Positions 1 through 14,900 of a DNA stretch of 64,000 nucleotides are shown in pieces; within the stretch, counting starts at the first letter, position 1; each line of letters begins with the position of its first letter. Below the pieces are notes generated by a model. It was not told the origin of the DNA. It saw only the letters and a program-made list of their open reading frames with translations, and ran no database searches. This DNA is from Eledone cirrhosa (taxonomy: Eukaryota), in the NCBI GenBank assembly GCA_964016885.1, contig OZ024750.1, positions 16,368,001-16,432,000 of the forward strand. Reading direction: 5' to 3'. The position numbers were made by a program, and so were the translations under genes.

Positions 1-10
1 ACACACCACG

Positions 11-55
<45 letters not shown>

Positions 56-480
56 CGCACACACATACACACACACCACGCTACACTCACACACATACCA
101 CGCTACACACACACACACACCACGCTACACACATACACAGACACACACACCACGCTACACACACACACACACCACGCTACACACATACACAGACACACAC
201 ACCACGCTACACACACACACACGCACACACACACACACACACCACGCTACACACACACACATACCACGCTACACACACACACACACCACACTACACACAC
301 ACAGACACACACACCACGCTACACACACACACAGACACACACACCACGCTACACACGCACAGACACACACCACGCTACACACACACACACACACACACCC
401 ACACACCACGCTACACACAAGCACACACACAACGCTACACACAAATACAAGCATGCATATTTATATATATAGACATACAT
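1..480. repeat. CA-rich compound microsatellite (ACACACCACGCT-type units)
   Basis: Repeated cacgctac units within (CA)n, read directly. Confidence 0.95.
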
Positions 481-578
481 ACATGAGGGTTGCAACTCGA
501 TTTCGAGTAATGTCAAAGCTTGAAACGGACGTGGCTTTTTAGTCCTGCCAGGGACTTTTCCTACCAACACACGCTCTC

Positions 579-675
<97 letters not shown>

Positions 676-1102
676 ACGCTACACACAAGCACGCGCACAC
701 ACATAGACGCATGCATACTTATATACATACGTACATATATATATATTAACTGCAACTCGATTTCAAGTAATGTCATAGCTTCATACTTAAGTATGAGCAT
801 CACGGACATAGCTTTTTCGTCATGCCAGGGGCTTGCCTAGGGCAAGCCATGCCAAGCATCGCAAAAAAAATGTCACATATCAAGCGATGCCTGTACCTGA
901 AGCTTTTTTAAGTGAGTAAAGGCTTTGAACGGGTCGAAGATCACTCTCTGAATATCGAATACATTTACCCAAAAAGTAGAACTGGTCAACATCATTGGAT
1001 ACAAAGAAGTCGCAGGATTTTTATGTGAGTGACTTTCTCCAAAGGAGATGTCTTAATAAAGACTAGGAGCCTCTCGCTCCACGAAAAGTACATACATATA
1101 TG

Positions 1103-1147
<45 letters not shown>

Positions 1148-1148
<1 letters not shown>

Positions 1149-1333
1149 ACAAAGGAATTGTGGTAAGGAACCAGATGGACCATAACGCACCAGAGTACTC
1201 AATACTTAGGGTAGTAGAGTGGGTAATAGGAAAAAGTATGACCCCAACGGCGTATGAGCCTTTTCGACGGCTATTTCTGGACTAGTCCAGAAATAGCCGT
1301 CGAAACGGCTTGAGCTCTGCCGTCGGGGTCATA

Positions 1334-1338
<5 letters not shown>
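1148..1338 (-). mobile_element. Fold-back Penelope-like terminal fragment, family A copy 1, in (TA)n
   Basis: Palindrome centred at 1283/1284 (ctggact|agtccag), arms ~1232-1338. Homologous to 10915-11095 and 56497-56713. Right arm has GAAACGGC-TT, the 3' half of an HHR. Confidence 0.7.
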
Positions 1339-1417
<79 letters not shown>

Positions 1418-1477
1418 GTAAACAGAAATAACAACACAGTACAGTATATGGAAGGAATATATAGGGAATATATTGGG

Positions 1478-1510
1478 TTAACGTTTCGGACGTTTCCTTC
1501 ATCAGAAGAA
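1478..1510 (-). ncRNA. Minimal hammerhead ribozyme-like motif (CUGAUGA-A variant)
   Basis: Minus strand reads ttctt CTGATGA a gga-aacg-tcc GAAA CG TT. Same family as 26030-26062. Stem I is weak. Confidence 0.55.
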
Positions 1511-1533
1511 AGAATGAGAAATTAGAAAGAATG

Positions 1534-2400
<867 letters not shown>

Positions 2401-2685
2401 TGTGTATACATCCCCCCAGATGTTCTTTATGGCAATCTCAATGGTCAGGTTTATTTCGCGAGAGTATATTGGCGGAAAGTGTCTCTCCACAATTGTTTTG
2501 TTGATGTTCTTGATTAGCTTCCTGGCACTCATTATCCCCGTCTCTAGAATACATAGAAACAATGCAAATATTTCATTGGATCGTATTGCTTTCGAAAATC
2601 ACTAGAGTATAGTATAAGTGCCTTGTGGTATTTATGGACGGGAATATACCCACGCACGCACAAACGCACGTACACACATATATAT

Positions 2686-2731
<46 letters not shown>

Positions 2732-2744
2732 ATATGTATATATG

Positions 2745-2777
<33 letters not shown>

Positions 2778-2815
2778 AAATGTGTGCGTAGTTTGTGAGT
2801 TTACCTGTTTAAACA

Positions 2816-2870
<55 letters not shown>

Positions 2871-2975
2871 TATATATATGTACATATATATATATATATA
2901 TATACATAAATATACTTCAATACATACATACATATATATATATTTAAATACATATATATAATTAAATACATACAT

Positions 2976-3006
<31 letters not shown>

Positions 3007-3020
3007 ATTAAATACATACA

Positions 3021-3058
<38 letters not shown>

Positions 3059-3081
3059 AATACATATATATATATATAAAT

Positions 3082-3570
3082 ATAAGTATGTATACGTACA
3101 CACATATATATATGTACGTATGGATTTACCGAGCATTATAATAAATGCTCGGTAAACAAACATCCCGAATTAAGCCGTACAGTGTTTAGCAACCATCGTT
3201 GCCCTTTTACAACGATGCATAAGGAAATTATATACTTTCAGACGTTCAATCATCTGGCAGGAAGGTATACAGTGCTGACAATAGCTAATAAGCTTGAAAC
3301 TAATACATCGTTCCTTTGTCAGTGTTGAACAAAAGGGCAACGATCGTTGCTAAACACTGTACGGCTTAATTCGGGATGTTTGTTTACAAACAAACCGAGC
3401 ATTATAATAAATGCTCGGTAAATCCATACGTACATATATATATGTGTGCATGTATGTATATATATACATATTACTGTACGTCTGTATACATATATGTATG
3501 TACGTATACATACTTATATTTATGTAACAGCCGTACTAAGAGTGAGAAATGAAATTTCGTTTCATTTTTC
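3082..3570. mobile_element. Fold-back element in (TA)n; a one-armed relative lies at 39353-39568
   Basis: Arms ~3100-3208 and ~3331-3447 are reverse complements (atcccgaattaagccgtacagtgtttagcaac / gttgctaaacactgtacggcttaattcgggat). Internal hairpin accgagcattataataaatgctcggt. Confidence 0.65.
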
Positions 3571-3572
3571 CC

Positions 3573-3616
<44 letters not shown>

Positions 3617-3804
3617 TACATACATTCATATATATATTTAAATACATACATATATATATATATATATATAATTAAATACATACATTCATATATATATATA
3701 TATATATAATTAAATACATACATTCATATATATATATATATATAAATTAATATATATAAATTAATATATATAAAAAAATGACCTCTTTGAGTCTAAACTC
3801 TAAG

Positions 3805-3854
<50 letters not shown>

Positions 3855-4009
3855 TAAAATAACAGATTAAAGTTTAAGCAAAGAATCGCTGCTTTCACCC
3901 TTAACGGGATCTTCTGAAACTAATTTGGATTTTAGTCTTCAATTTTATTATTATTACTATATATATATATATATATATATATATTACATTCATATATATA
4001 TATATATAA

Positions 4010-4072
<63 letters not shown>

Positions 4073-4076
<4 letters not shown>

Positions 4077-5298
4077 GCTCTGGACATAGCTATCCACCAG
4101 TTAATTTTATTGCTCATTTTTTGTCGATTCTATTGAGTGATGAATAGCTTTTGTTTTATTTTAACATGTCTATTGAGCACTCTAATTCGATATGTGTATT
4201 TCCACATTCACTCGAATTGTTTTCGCGGATATAGGGGTCATCTCCCTTGTCTAATGCCATGTGCGTTTTTCACCGCTAGTTGACTCCTTTGCCGCCAGGA
4301 TAAAACTCGTTGACAACGTAAACTCCGTTCCACTTATTCTAGTAGGCTTTTATATTTATATGTGAGCTGATAGAGTACTGTCTAAGGATTTACAGAAACC
4401 CATGAAGCTAGATTTAACACCTTTCTAGTGGGTCCGGGTATGATTTTACATTCATTTAAATTATTGACGTATTGTTTTATTGATATTTTTTATCTGTTTG
4501 GCCCGAATCTTCCTTTATCGATTTTAAATCGTATGGTTGATTGTAGACTTGTTCTATATGTGACGGTATTTTAACGATAGTTATAGCTCTGATTCATCTG
4601 AATTATTGAGCCCTCTGCCGCTCATATCGAATTTCGTTTTTCGTGAACTCGTGCGCCGATTTTTCGATATTCGATCTTTCTAATATATTTAGCTCTGGAC
4701 ATAGCTATCCACCAGTTAATTTTATTGCTCATTTTTTGTCGATTCTATTGAGTGATGAATAGCTTTTGTTTTATTTTAACATGTCTATTGAGCACTCTAA
4801 TTCGATATGTGTATTTCCACATTCACTCGAATTGTTTTCGCGGATATAGGGGTCATCTCCCTTGTCTAATGCCATGTGCGTTTTTCACCGCTAGTTGACT
4901 CCTTTGCCGCCAGGATAAAACTCGTTGACAACGTAAACTCCGTTCCACTTATTCTAGTAGGCTTTTATATTTATATGTGAGCTGATAGAGTACTGTCTAA
5001 GGATTTACAGAAACCCATGAAGCTAGATTTAACACCTTTCTAGTGGGTCCGGGTATGATTTTACATTCATTTAAATTATTGACGTATTGTTTTATTGATA
5101 TTTTTTATCTGTTTGGCCCGAATCTTCCTTTATCGATTTTAAATCGTATGGTTGATTGTAGACTTGTTCTATATGTGACGGTATTTTAACGATAGTTATA
5201 GCTCTGATTCATCTGAATTATTGAGCCCTCTGCCGCTCATATCGAATTTCGTTTTTCGTGAACTCGTGCGCCGATTTTTCGATATTCGATCTTTCTAA
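4073..5298. repeat. Two-copy tandem duplication, 615-bp period, flanked by (TA)n
   Basis: 4073-4683 and 4688-5298 appear identical by eye and are joined by tata. Confidence 0.9.
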
Positions 5299-5326
5299 TA
5301 TATATATATATATATATATATTACTA

Positions 5327-5505
5327 ACAATAATTATTTCTACTATAGGCAAATGGTCAGCAATTTTGGAGAAGGGGAAAGTCGATTAATTCAACCCCAG
5401 TGCATTACTGGTATTTTATTTTATCGATGCCCGTAAGGATGAAATGCAAAGCCACCCTTGGCGGGCTTTGAACTCAGAACTTAATGGACCGCAACTCTAT
5501 GTCGC
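5327..5505 (-). mobile_element. tRNA-derived SINE, family 1
   Basis: Matches the window consensus: B-box GAGTTCAAA, body TTTGCCTTTCATCCTTACGGGG-TCGATAAAATAAAGTACCAG, ATT tail. Confidence 0.8.
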
Positions 5506-5506
5506 C

Positions 5507-6132
5507 AAGAAGAAGAAGGAGAAGGAGAAGAAGAAGAAGAAGAAGAAGAAGAAGAAGAAGAAGAAGAAGAAGAAGAAGAAGAAGAAGAGGAGCAGGAAGA
5601 AGAAGAAGAAGAAGAAGAAGAAGAAGAAGAAGAAGAAGAAGAAGAAGAAGAAGAAGAAGAAGAAGAGCAAGAAGAAGAAGAAGAAGAAGAAGAGAGAGCA
5701 AAAGAAGAAGAAGAAGAAGAAGAAGAAGAAGAAGAAGAAGAAGAAGAAGAAGAAGAAGAAGAAGAAGACAGAAGAAGAAGAAGAAGAAGAAGAAGAAGAA
5801 GAAGAAGAAGAAGAAGAAGAGCAAGAAGAAGAAGAAGAAGAAGAAGAAGAAGAGGAGCAGGAAGAAGAAGAAGAAGAAGAAGAAGAAGAGAGCAAGAAGA
5901 AGAAGAAGAAGAAGAAGAAGAAGAAGAAGAAGAAGAAGAAGAAGAAGAAGAAGAAGAAGAAGAAGAAGAGAAGAAGAAGAAGAAGAAGAAGAAGAAGAAG
6001 AAGAAGAAGAAGAAGAAGAAGAAGAAGAAGAAGAAGAAGAAGAGCAAGAAGAAGAAGAAGAAGAAGAAGAAGAAGAAGAAGAAGAAGAGAAGAAGAAGAA
6101 GAACAAGAACAAGAAGAAGAAGAAGAAGAAGA
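5507..6132. repeat. (GAA)n polypurine tract, ~625 bp
   Basis: Direct reading. Confidence 0.98.
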
Positions 6133-6252
6133 ATGCAATAAAATCCTGATGACGTTTTTCTACTGTCTGACGTCATCAGGTGTTGTTCACACGTCATCAC
6201 AGGTGAGAATGTTTACGAGCTTTTTCATTCGTTTAATTTTTAATATTAGTTA

Positions 6253-6835
6253 GTGGGGTGGTGGTAGTGGGGGTGGTGGTAGTAGGGTGGCGTTAGTGGG
6301 GGGGGTGATAGTAGGGTGGCGTTAGTGGGGTGGGGGGGTGATAGTAGGGTGGCGTTAGTGGGGTGGTGGTAGTGGGGGTGGTGATAGTAGGGTGGCGTTA
6401 GTGGGGGGTGATAGTAGGGTGGCGTTAGTGGGGTGGGGGTGGTGATAGTAGGGTGGCGTTAGTGGGGTGGTGGTAGTGGGGGTGGTGATAGTAGGGTGGC
6501 GTTAGTGGGGGGTGATAGTAGGGTGGCGTTAGTGGGGTGGTGGTAGTGGGGGTGGTGATAGTAGGGTGGCGTTAGGGGGGGTAGTGAGTGGGAGGTGATA
6601 GTAGGGTGGCGTTAGTGGGGTGGGGGTGGCGATAGTAGGGTGGCGTTAGTGGGGTGGGGGTGGTGATAGTAGGGTGGCGTTAGTGGGGTGGTGGTAGTGT
6701 GTGTGTGGGGGCGGGGTGATAGTAGGGTAGCGTTAGTGGGGTGGTGGTAGTGGGGGGAGGGGGCTGATAGTAGGGTGACGTTAGTGGGGTGGTGGTAGTG
6801 GGATAGGGGTGGGTGGGATAGTGGTGGAGTTGGGG
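6253..6835. repeat. G-rich minisatellite (GGTGATAGTAGGGTGGCGTTAGTGGGG units)
   Basis: More than 12 variable units with G3-G8 runs. Confidence 0.9.
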
Positions 6836-6964
6836 TATCTATAATGATAATATAGGGGTATCTATATGATAATATATATTGGGTCATCAAGTATGGAATT
6901 TGTAGAAATTTGTAGAATAAAATTTCATACTTGACGACTCAATCTAATTATAGGCCAGGTTGTT

Positions 6965-7150
6965 GTTGTAGATGGAGCTCCGTCAGTTTCAACGATGAGT
7001 GTTCCAGTTGTTTGATATACGGAACATCCTGCTTGTGAGATTACCATGCAAGTGGCCGAGCACTTAACAGACACCTGTACCCTTTCTGTAGTTCTTAATA
7101 AGATTCAACGTGACACAGTGTGTGACAAGGTTAGGCCTTTGAATTACACA
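6965..7150 (-). mobile_element. CORE-type SINE (family 2), 3' fragment
   Basis: Similar to 8010-8130 and to the reverse complement of 60000-60185. Confidence 0.6.
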
Positions 7151-7343
7151 TATAGTCACCCTTGTACTATAGCGTGACTGGTTGAGTATTCCGCAAACAC
7201 GTATACTCTTAATGGGATTTTCAATAATTATATCTTTCTCCCCAAACTACCAAAACCCACGTCTATTTGTAGATATGCTACAATTTATGTACATGTTATG
7301 TTTATCGCATATTGAAGTTTTTTTTATATCTTGGTTGAAATTT

Positions 7344-7735
7344 AATAATCATTTCTGATTTAGTCACAAGAACAACAATTCTGGGGGAGGGAAATGTCGA
7401 TTAAATCGACACCAGTGTATTACTGGTACTTTATTTTATCGACCCCATAAGGATGAAAGGCAAAGTTAACCTTGGCGAGATTTAAACTCAGAACGTAAAG
7501 AACTGTAACTCTACAGTTACTGCTAATCCACCGCCCTTGGTTGATATTTGATAATTGTTTCTAATTTTGGTACAAGGCCAGCAATTACCCCAGTGCATTA
7601 CTGGTGCTTTATTTTATCGACCCCATAAGGATGAAAGGCAAAGTTAACCTCGGCGGGATTTGAACTCAGAACGTAAAGGTGTCACGACTCTATGCTGCAA
7701 AGTATGGTGCCTGACGCTTTACCGATACAGCCAAA
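7344..7735 (-). mobile_element. Two tandem family-1 SINEs
   Basis: The body motif ccccataaggatgaaaggcaaagttaacct occurs twice (~7443, ~7621). Confidence 0.85.
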
Positions 7736-7809
7736 CTATAACAGCTAAATTAACCACAACAACTAAATTGACCAAATTTGACCCCAAATTCAGAAATGCT
7801 TCCACCACA

Positions 7810-8266
7810 GCCTGGTGTGACAAGGTTGACCCTTTGAATTACAAATGCTTCTAATTTTTTTTTGGCCAGCAGACTGAACTGGGGGGACTTGAAACAATGC
7901 ATCTTGCTCAAGGCTACAACGCACCGCCGGGTCTGGAACACACGTTAGCTGAACATGCACCTTCACAACTAAAAACTGGTACTCTGTCGGTTACCACGAC
8001 TAGCGTTCCAGTCTGCTCACGAAATTGACGTGCAAGTGGCAGAGCATTTCAATAGACACGTGTACGATCAGGGAGATTCAGCGTGACACCAAACGTGACA
8101 AGGCTGGCACTTCGAATTACAGGTACAACTCATTTTTGCCAGCTGAGTGGATTGGAGCAACGTGAGATAAAGTGTCTTGCTCAAGGACACAACCTGCTGC
8201 CGGGAATCAAACTCGCGACCTTACGATTGCCAGCCGAATACGTTAACCACGAAGCCAATCACCTTC
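7810..8266 (-). mobile_element. Two family-2 CORE-type SINE copies
   Basis: aagtgtcttgctcaaggacacaac (CORE-like) followed by the reverse-complement tRNA head; matches 59140-59378. Confidence 0.75.
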
Positions 8267-8625
8267 AGAGCAGCAGAAGGAAATAGGCAGATAAGATAAA
8301 ATAAAATACGTAGAGAAGTCAGTATTAGGATGAAAAGAGTAGGTAGATAGTTCTGTGGGTGGGTACCGAGTGTGTGGGGTAGGCTAGAGTAGTTGTGGTC
8401 CCTTGGTGGGAATATGCTAGCATGTAATTAATGGATCAGGTAAGAAGACGGGGTAATACGCAAGTATAATAAATTACGTAGAGATGACGATATTAGAATG
8501 GGATGTGTAGAAGATAGGTCGATGGGTGGGTTTGGGAGAATAAAGTAGCAATTTAGATATTTGATACACGATAAAATCTCGAATATTTGCACGATATATA
8601 TATGTATTTGTATGTGTGTATGTGC

Positions 8626-8687
<62 letters not shown>

Positions 8688-8767
8688 ATATATGTGTGTG
8701 TGTTTGTGTTTACACATATATATAAATACAGACAGACGCACACAAACGTATATATATATATATATAT

Positions 8768-8808
<41 letters not shown>

Positions 8809-8853
8809 TACATAATATATATATATATAAATATATACATATATATTTTTAAC

Positions 8854-8946
<93 letters not shown>

Positions 8947-9068
8947 ACAAGAACTGCGAAACCAAGACATTTTATATATTATTTATACTCCAGTTCTACA
9001 AACTGTAGAGTGCTACTTATCCGATATCTGCATTGCTTTATTGTACTACAATAATACTCACCTCCTAC

Positions 9069-9116
<48 letters not shown>

Positions 9117-9163
9117 GTTTGTGTCTGTTTCTGTGTCTCTACGATTGCATGTATGCATGTATA

Positions 9164-9271
<108 letters not shown>

Positions 9272-9424
9272 CGTGCGTGTGCGTTGACAGCTCTAGTTCT
9301 ATGGCTATTGCCAACACATCGACCCACATGTATGAATCCGATGCCATGTACTTGAATAGTAGTCAACCTGGCTACTACTATTATTACTATTAACAGCAGA
9401 AGTAGAAGCGAATGGAAATGGAAT

Positions 9425-9660
9425 GGACCTCCGTCGGTTTCGACGATGTGTGTGCCGGCTGTTCGATCAACGAAAAGCCTGCTCGTGAAATTAAGTGTAA
9501 GTAGCAGAGCATTCCACAAGAGTACTCTTATCGTAATTCTCAGGGAGATTCAGTATGACACATTGGGTGACACAAAGATGGTCCTTTGAAATACAGGTAC
9601 AACCTATCTTGTATTACAGTGTAAGTAGCTGGGCATTCCACAGACGCGTGTACCCTTAAT
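9425..9660 (-). mobile_element. Family-2 SINE 3' fragments
   Basis: cagggagattcagtatgacac...cctttgaaatacaggtacaac matches 8068-8130. Confidence 0.6.
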
Positions 9661-9689
9661 AAAATGTCCTTGGTTTCGCAGTTCTTGTG

Positions 9690-9793
<104 letters not shown>

Positions 9794-9971
9794 TATGTTT
9801 GTGTGCGTGTGTGTTCATATATATACATATACACAAAAATCAATTATGAAATCATTTATCCATTGAAATAGATATCTATTCTCAAGACTAATTCTAATAC
9901 CCTCAGACATATTAAAAATAACGAGATGATTTCTACATTTACGACATTAACAGGAACATTATACATATATT

Positions 9972-10006
<35 letters not shown>

Positions 10007-10025
10007 GCGAATATATATTAGGATT

Positions 10026-10101
<76 letters not shown>

Positions 10102-10171
10102 AGATCAAAAGATGGCTAAAGGAGTTCCATGCATTTTATCATGCGCATTTCAAAAACAAACATCATCATGC

Positions 10172-10362
10172 AATAATTGTTTCTACTTTAGGCACAAGGC
10201 CAGCAATTATCCAGTGCATTACTGGTACTTTATTTTATCGACCCCGTAAGGATGAAAGGCAAAGTCAACCTCGGCGGGATTTGAACTCAGATCGTAAAGG
10301 GACGTAACTATGCTGGAAAGCATGGCGTCCGACCCTCTACCGATACTGCCAATCCACCGCCC
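10172..10362 (-). mobile_element. Full-length family-1 SINE
   Basis: Minus strand has head GGGCGGTGGATTGGCAGTATCGG (A-box) and GAGTTCAAATCCC (B-box), body and ATT tail. Confidence 0.9.
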
Positions 10363-10504
10363 TATTTGTGTTTTCATCAGATAAAACAGGAGGACATGAT
10401 ATGAAGGCTAAAAAACACTTGTGGATAGTGCAGTTTTAAATCAACATATTGTTTTAAAACTGCACTATCCACAAGTGTTTTTTAGCCTTCATATCATGTC
10501 CTCC

Positions 10505-10575
10505 TGTTTTATCTGATGAAAACACAAATATTATTGCATGATGATGTTTGTTTTTGAAATGCGCATGATAAAATA
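10505..10575 (+). ncRNA. Type I minimal hammerhead motif; G at the cleavage position, probably inactive
   Basis: ttttat CTGATGA [16-position stem II] GAAA TGCGCA T G ataaaa. Confidence 0.7.
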
Positions 10576-10701
10576 CATGGAACTCCTTTAGCCATCTTTT
10601 GATCTTATATATTATGTATACTCCAGTCCTACAAACTGTAGAGTGCTTCTTATCCGATATCTGCATTGCTTTATTGTACTACAATAAAACTCACCTCCTA
10701 C

Positions 10702-10752
<51 letters not shown>

Positions 10753-10813
10753 GATAACTTCGTAGAATTATCCATACCGTAGAGCAACTCAAACTCATGG
10801 GGCGAGTTTTATA

Positions 10814-11814
<1,001 letters not shown>

Positions 11815-12042
11815 GGGATGTAAACATTAATTGAAAAGAATTAAAGCAATGGGTGTATATGAATTTTCATTAAACTGTGGGAATCTCAGCGCGGGGTTAG
11901 CTGTAAACAACTGAAAGCTATTTGCATAGAAAAGGGGCGGGTTAAAATATAACCCCATATTGAGCGGAAGACCGGCGAAAGGGAGAGAATGGAAGAAAGA
12001 GAGTCTAAAGCATGAGATGGGGAATGAGAGGGGTACAGCCTG

Positions 12043-12132
12043 AGAGAGAGAAGAGAAGAGAAGAGAAGAGAAGAGAAGAGAAGAGAAGAGAAGAGAAGAG
12101 AAGAGAAGAGAAGAGAAGAGAAGAGAAGAGAA
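12043..12132. repeat. (GAGAA)n
   Basis: Direct reading. Confidence 0.95.
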
Positions 12133-12187
12133 AAGCCGGAATAAGGTCGATAGAGTAAAATATTTTTGGAGAATAGTGAAAGATAAA

Positions 12188-12298
12188 ATATAATTGTTTC
12201 TACTTTTTAGCACAAGGCCAGCAATTATCCCAGTGTATTACTGGTACTTTATTTTATCAACCCCGTAAGGATGAAAGGAAAAGTTAACCTCGGCGGGA
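12188..12298 (-). mobile_element. 5'-truncated family-1 SINE with 13-bp target-site duplication
   Basis: gataaaatataat at 12182 and 12297 flanks the SINE body. Confidence 0.8.
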
Positions 12299-12349
12299 TA
12301 AAATATAATGGCGAAAGGATGAGGAATGTAGAATAAAGAGAAATACAGA

Positions 12350-12690
12350 ACTATAGTGTCGGGATGACCTCCTCTGCTTCCTTCTAGATTCACATGGTTT
12401 CCCGCGGTAAAAGGAAATACCTTTTTAATATATAATATTGCTTCTCTGAGCGGTTCCTCTCATTTAGATGTTTAAGTATTGGAGACTAATTAACTTTTAA
12501 TTAATATGGCCGACTGAATGCGCACGTGTTTTTTTTCTCCCCATCCCTCCCGTTCCTTCCTCTCATCACGCTTTACTTTCTATTTATTTGAAAACTAGTG
12601 TCCGAAACGTTGAGACGCACTTCCTGCTATTTCAAGCATTAAACTGATATATTTCTTCCACGTACTGTACAATTTGTTTTATTTTTATTA
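12350..12690 (+). mobile_element. Decayed Penelope-like 3' end
   Basis: gtccgaaacgtt...cttcctgctatttcaagc matches the reverse complement of 26003-26042. Upstream LIYNIASL/ERFLSF fragments weakly recall the C-terminus of a PLE GIY-YIG domain. Confidence 0.4.
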
Positions 12691-12712
12691 TTATTATTAC
12701 TTTTACATACAT

Positions 12713-12743
<31 letters not shown>

Positions 12744-13147
12744 TACATGCGTGTATATGTATATATGTATGTATATATATATATATATATATACACACGT
12801 ATATACATATATATATATACACGCATATACATATGTGTATATATATACACACGTATATACGTATATATATACACGTATATACATATATATATATATACAT
12901 ATATATACATATATATATATATATACGTATATACATATATATATATATACACACGTATATACATATATATACACGTATATACATATATATACACGTATAT
13001 ACATATATATACACGTATATACATATATATACACGTATATACACACATATATATATATAAACGTATATACATATATATATATATATATACACGTATATAC
13101 ATATATATACACGTATATACATATATATATATATATATATATACACG

Positions 13148-13191
<44 letters not shown>

Positions 13192-13797
13192 AACCATGCG
13201 TGCTGAAAAGCGTTATTTGAAGATTATTTCCATCACCAACAAAGAGATTAGCTTTAGCGGCCATAACAGTATTATTCCTGGATGTAATTATTTTTCCCTG
13301 ATTTTCTTTCGTCTTACTAATGGCCGCTACATACAGAAATTGAACATTTTTCATTGAGCTATAACTTGTCGTTCTCTCGTGTCCTTAATTCAACGAAAAT
13401 TTCTTTATTTGTCACAAAACCCCATTAAATACAGCTATTTACACGATATTAATTAATATTGGTGACAGATAAAGATATTCGATAAATCTCCTGGGTTAAA
13501 CTTGCTTTTCAAATCATATCCGTGGTTGCTATAAATAAGTATTAAACCGTTAAAACTTACGGCCATCACTTGCAGTTGAGTATAACTTGGTAGTATGTAC
13601 CCGTGTTGTTGCAAGCAGACGATGACATCCGCTCGACTCTCCTCCTTTGATTCAATGAAACATTTATGACGTGATATCTGGAACAATAAGGGAGACAACC
13701 GCAATTCTCATCTCGAGAATACTGGTTTGGTGTTATCTTTAAACCCTCGAATAAAGTGGATATTTCTATCATAGTCAAGGTATGTCAAGCATCAACT

Positions 13798-13863
13798 TAT
13801 TTTATCTGATGAGGACGTACTGTTGAAATAGCTCAGTATCTCTGAAATATGTATAATAAAATA
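13798..13863 (+). ncRNA. Type I minimal hammerhead ribozyme (family B)
   Basis: tattttat CTGATGA ggacgtactg...cagtatctct GAAA TATGTA TA ataaaata; 8-bp stem I and intact core. Confidence 0.8.
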
Positions 13864-13944
13864 TATTTGATCACATGAATGTCTATATTAATTAATATTT
13901 TGAAGTAATATATATAAATATATATATATAAATATATATATATA

Positions 13945-13976
<32 letters not shown>

Positions 13977-14082
13977 AATATATATATATAAATATATATA
14001 TATAAATATATATATATATAAATATATATATATATAAATATATATATATAAATATATATATATATAAATATATATATATATG

Positions 14083-14383
14083 TGTCTGATGGTAGTTAAG
14101 ATGCTTCCATATGCAGTATGCCGGTTGAGCACTCTATTCTCTTACACAGCAGAGTATGATAGAATAGAAAACGAAAAGTCAGTGATGCATCTGAACTCAA
14201 TTTATTGTGTGTTACAATTGTTTCGCCGGAGGACAGCTCGAAATCATTAGACGTGTCCGTCGAACCTGCGGGTCCAGAATCAGACAGATCCACACAATGA
14301 TCGCGTCTTGAGCTGTCCGCAGGCGAAATAATTGTAACACACAATAAATTGAGTTCAGATGCATCACTGATTTTTCGTTTTAT

Positions 14384-14390
<7 letters not shown>
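14083..14390 (-). mobile_element. Fold-back element with degenerate HHR in (TA)n
   Basis: Arms ~14159-14240 and ~14310-14390 are reverse complements. Minus arm reads CTAATGA...GAAA CAATTG TA, followed by TAGAGTGCT. Confidence 0.7.
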
Positions 14391-14460
<70 letters not shown>

Positions 14461-14571
14461 CTCCAGTTCCCCAGTGAATTAACAACCCAGCAAGGAACTG
14501 GGCATATCAGAGTATTGACAATATCATACACCTAAACAACATATGTACTTGTCTATACCATACTAATTCAA

Positions 14572-14624
14572 ACTGCCTGAAGAGGTCACAGCCAAAGATG
14601 GCTGTCACTGAAATATATAGCAGT
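14572..14624 (+). ncRNA. Type I minimal hammerhead ribozyme, intact
   Basis: actgc CTGAAGA ggtcacagcca-aaga-tggctgtcact GAAA TATA TA gcagt; perfect 5-bp stem I. Confidence 0.85.
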
Positions 14625-14668
14625 AATAAACGAAGCTAAATTTTAATCATTTGACTTTTATTTAACTT

Positions 14669-14704
<36 letters not shown>

Positions 14705-14799
14705 TATAAGAATAAAGGAACAAAGATTCAGTGTTGCATCATATTTAATAACATATTACATATGTTTCACTATCGATCACTCCTTTCTAACTCATTTCT

Positions 14800-14900
14800 A
14801 CAGTGGTTAGAGCGTTGGATTCACAATTACGAGGTTCGATTCCCGGACCGGACGATTTCTTTTGTCTTTAAGCAAGACACTTTATTTCACGTTGCTCCAG
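14800..14900 (+). mobile_element. Family-2 SINE head and CORE fragment
   Basis: gtggttagagcg...ggttcgattcccgg...agcaagacactttatttcacgttgctccag. Confidence 0.7.

Larger units (their letters stand above)
10093..10704 (+). mobile_element. Fold-back HHR element (family C) in (TA)n, left arm interrupted by a SINE
   Basis: Arms 10093-10440 (minus the SINE) and 10453-10614 are near-perfect reverse complements. The 3' extension 10615-10704 is repeated at 8985-9072. Confidence 0.8.

Noticed and set aside
490-850. Diverged direct repeat (tgcaactcgatttcragtaatgtca) with small palindromes
   Set aside because: Likely an old local duplication; no recognisable family or function.
2410-2600. Minus-strand peptide [18 protein letters not shown], resembling the PLE RT-endonuclease linker
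   Set aside because: Similarity is too short and weak to call without a profile search.
13190-13354. Minus-strand [12 protein letters not shown], resembling PLE RT motif B
   Set aside because: No YxDD motif follows, and it lies opposite in orientation to the adjacent HHR.
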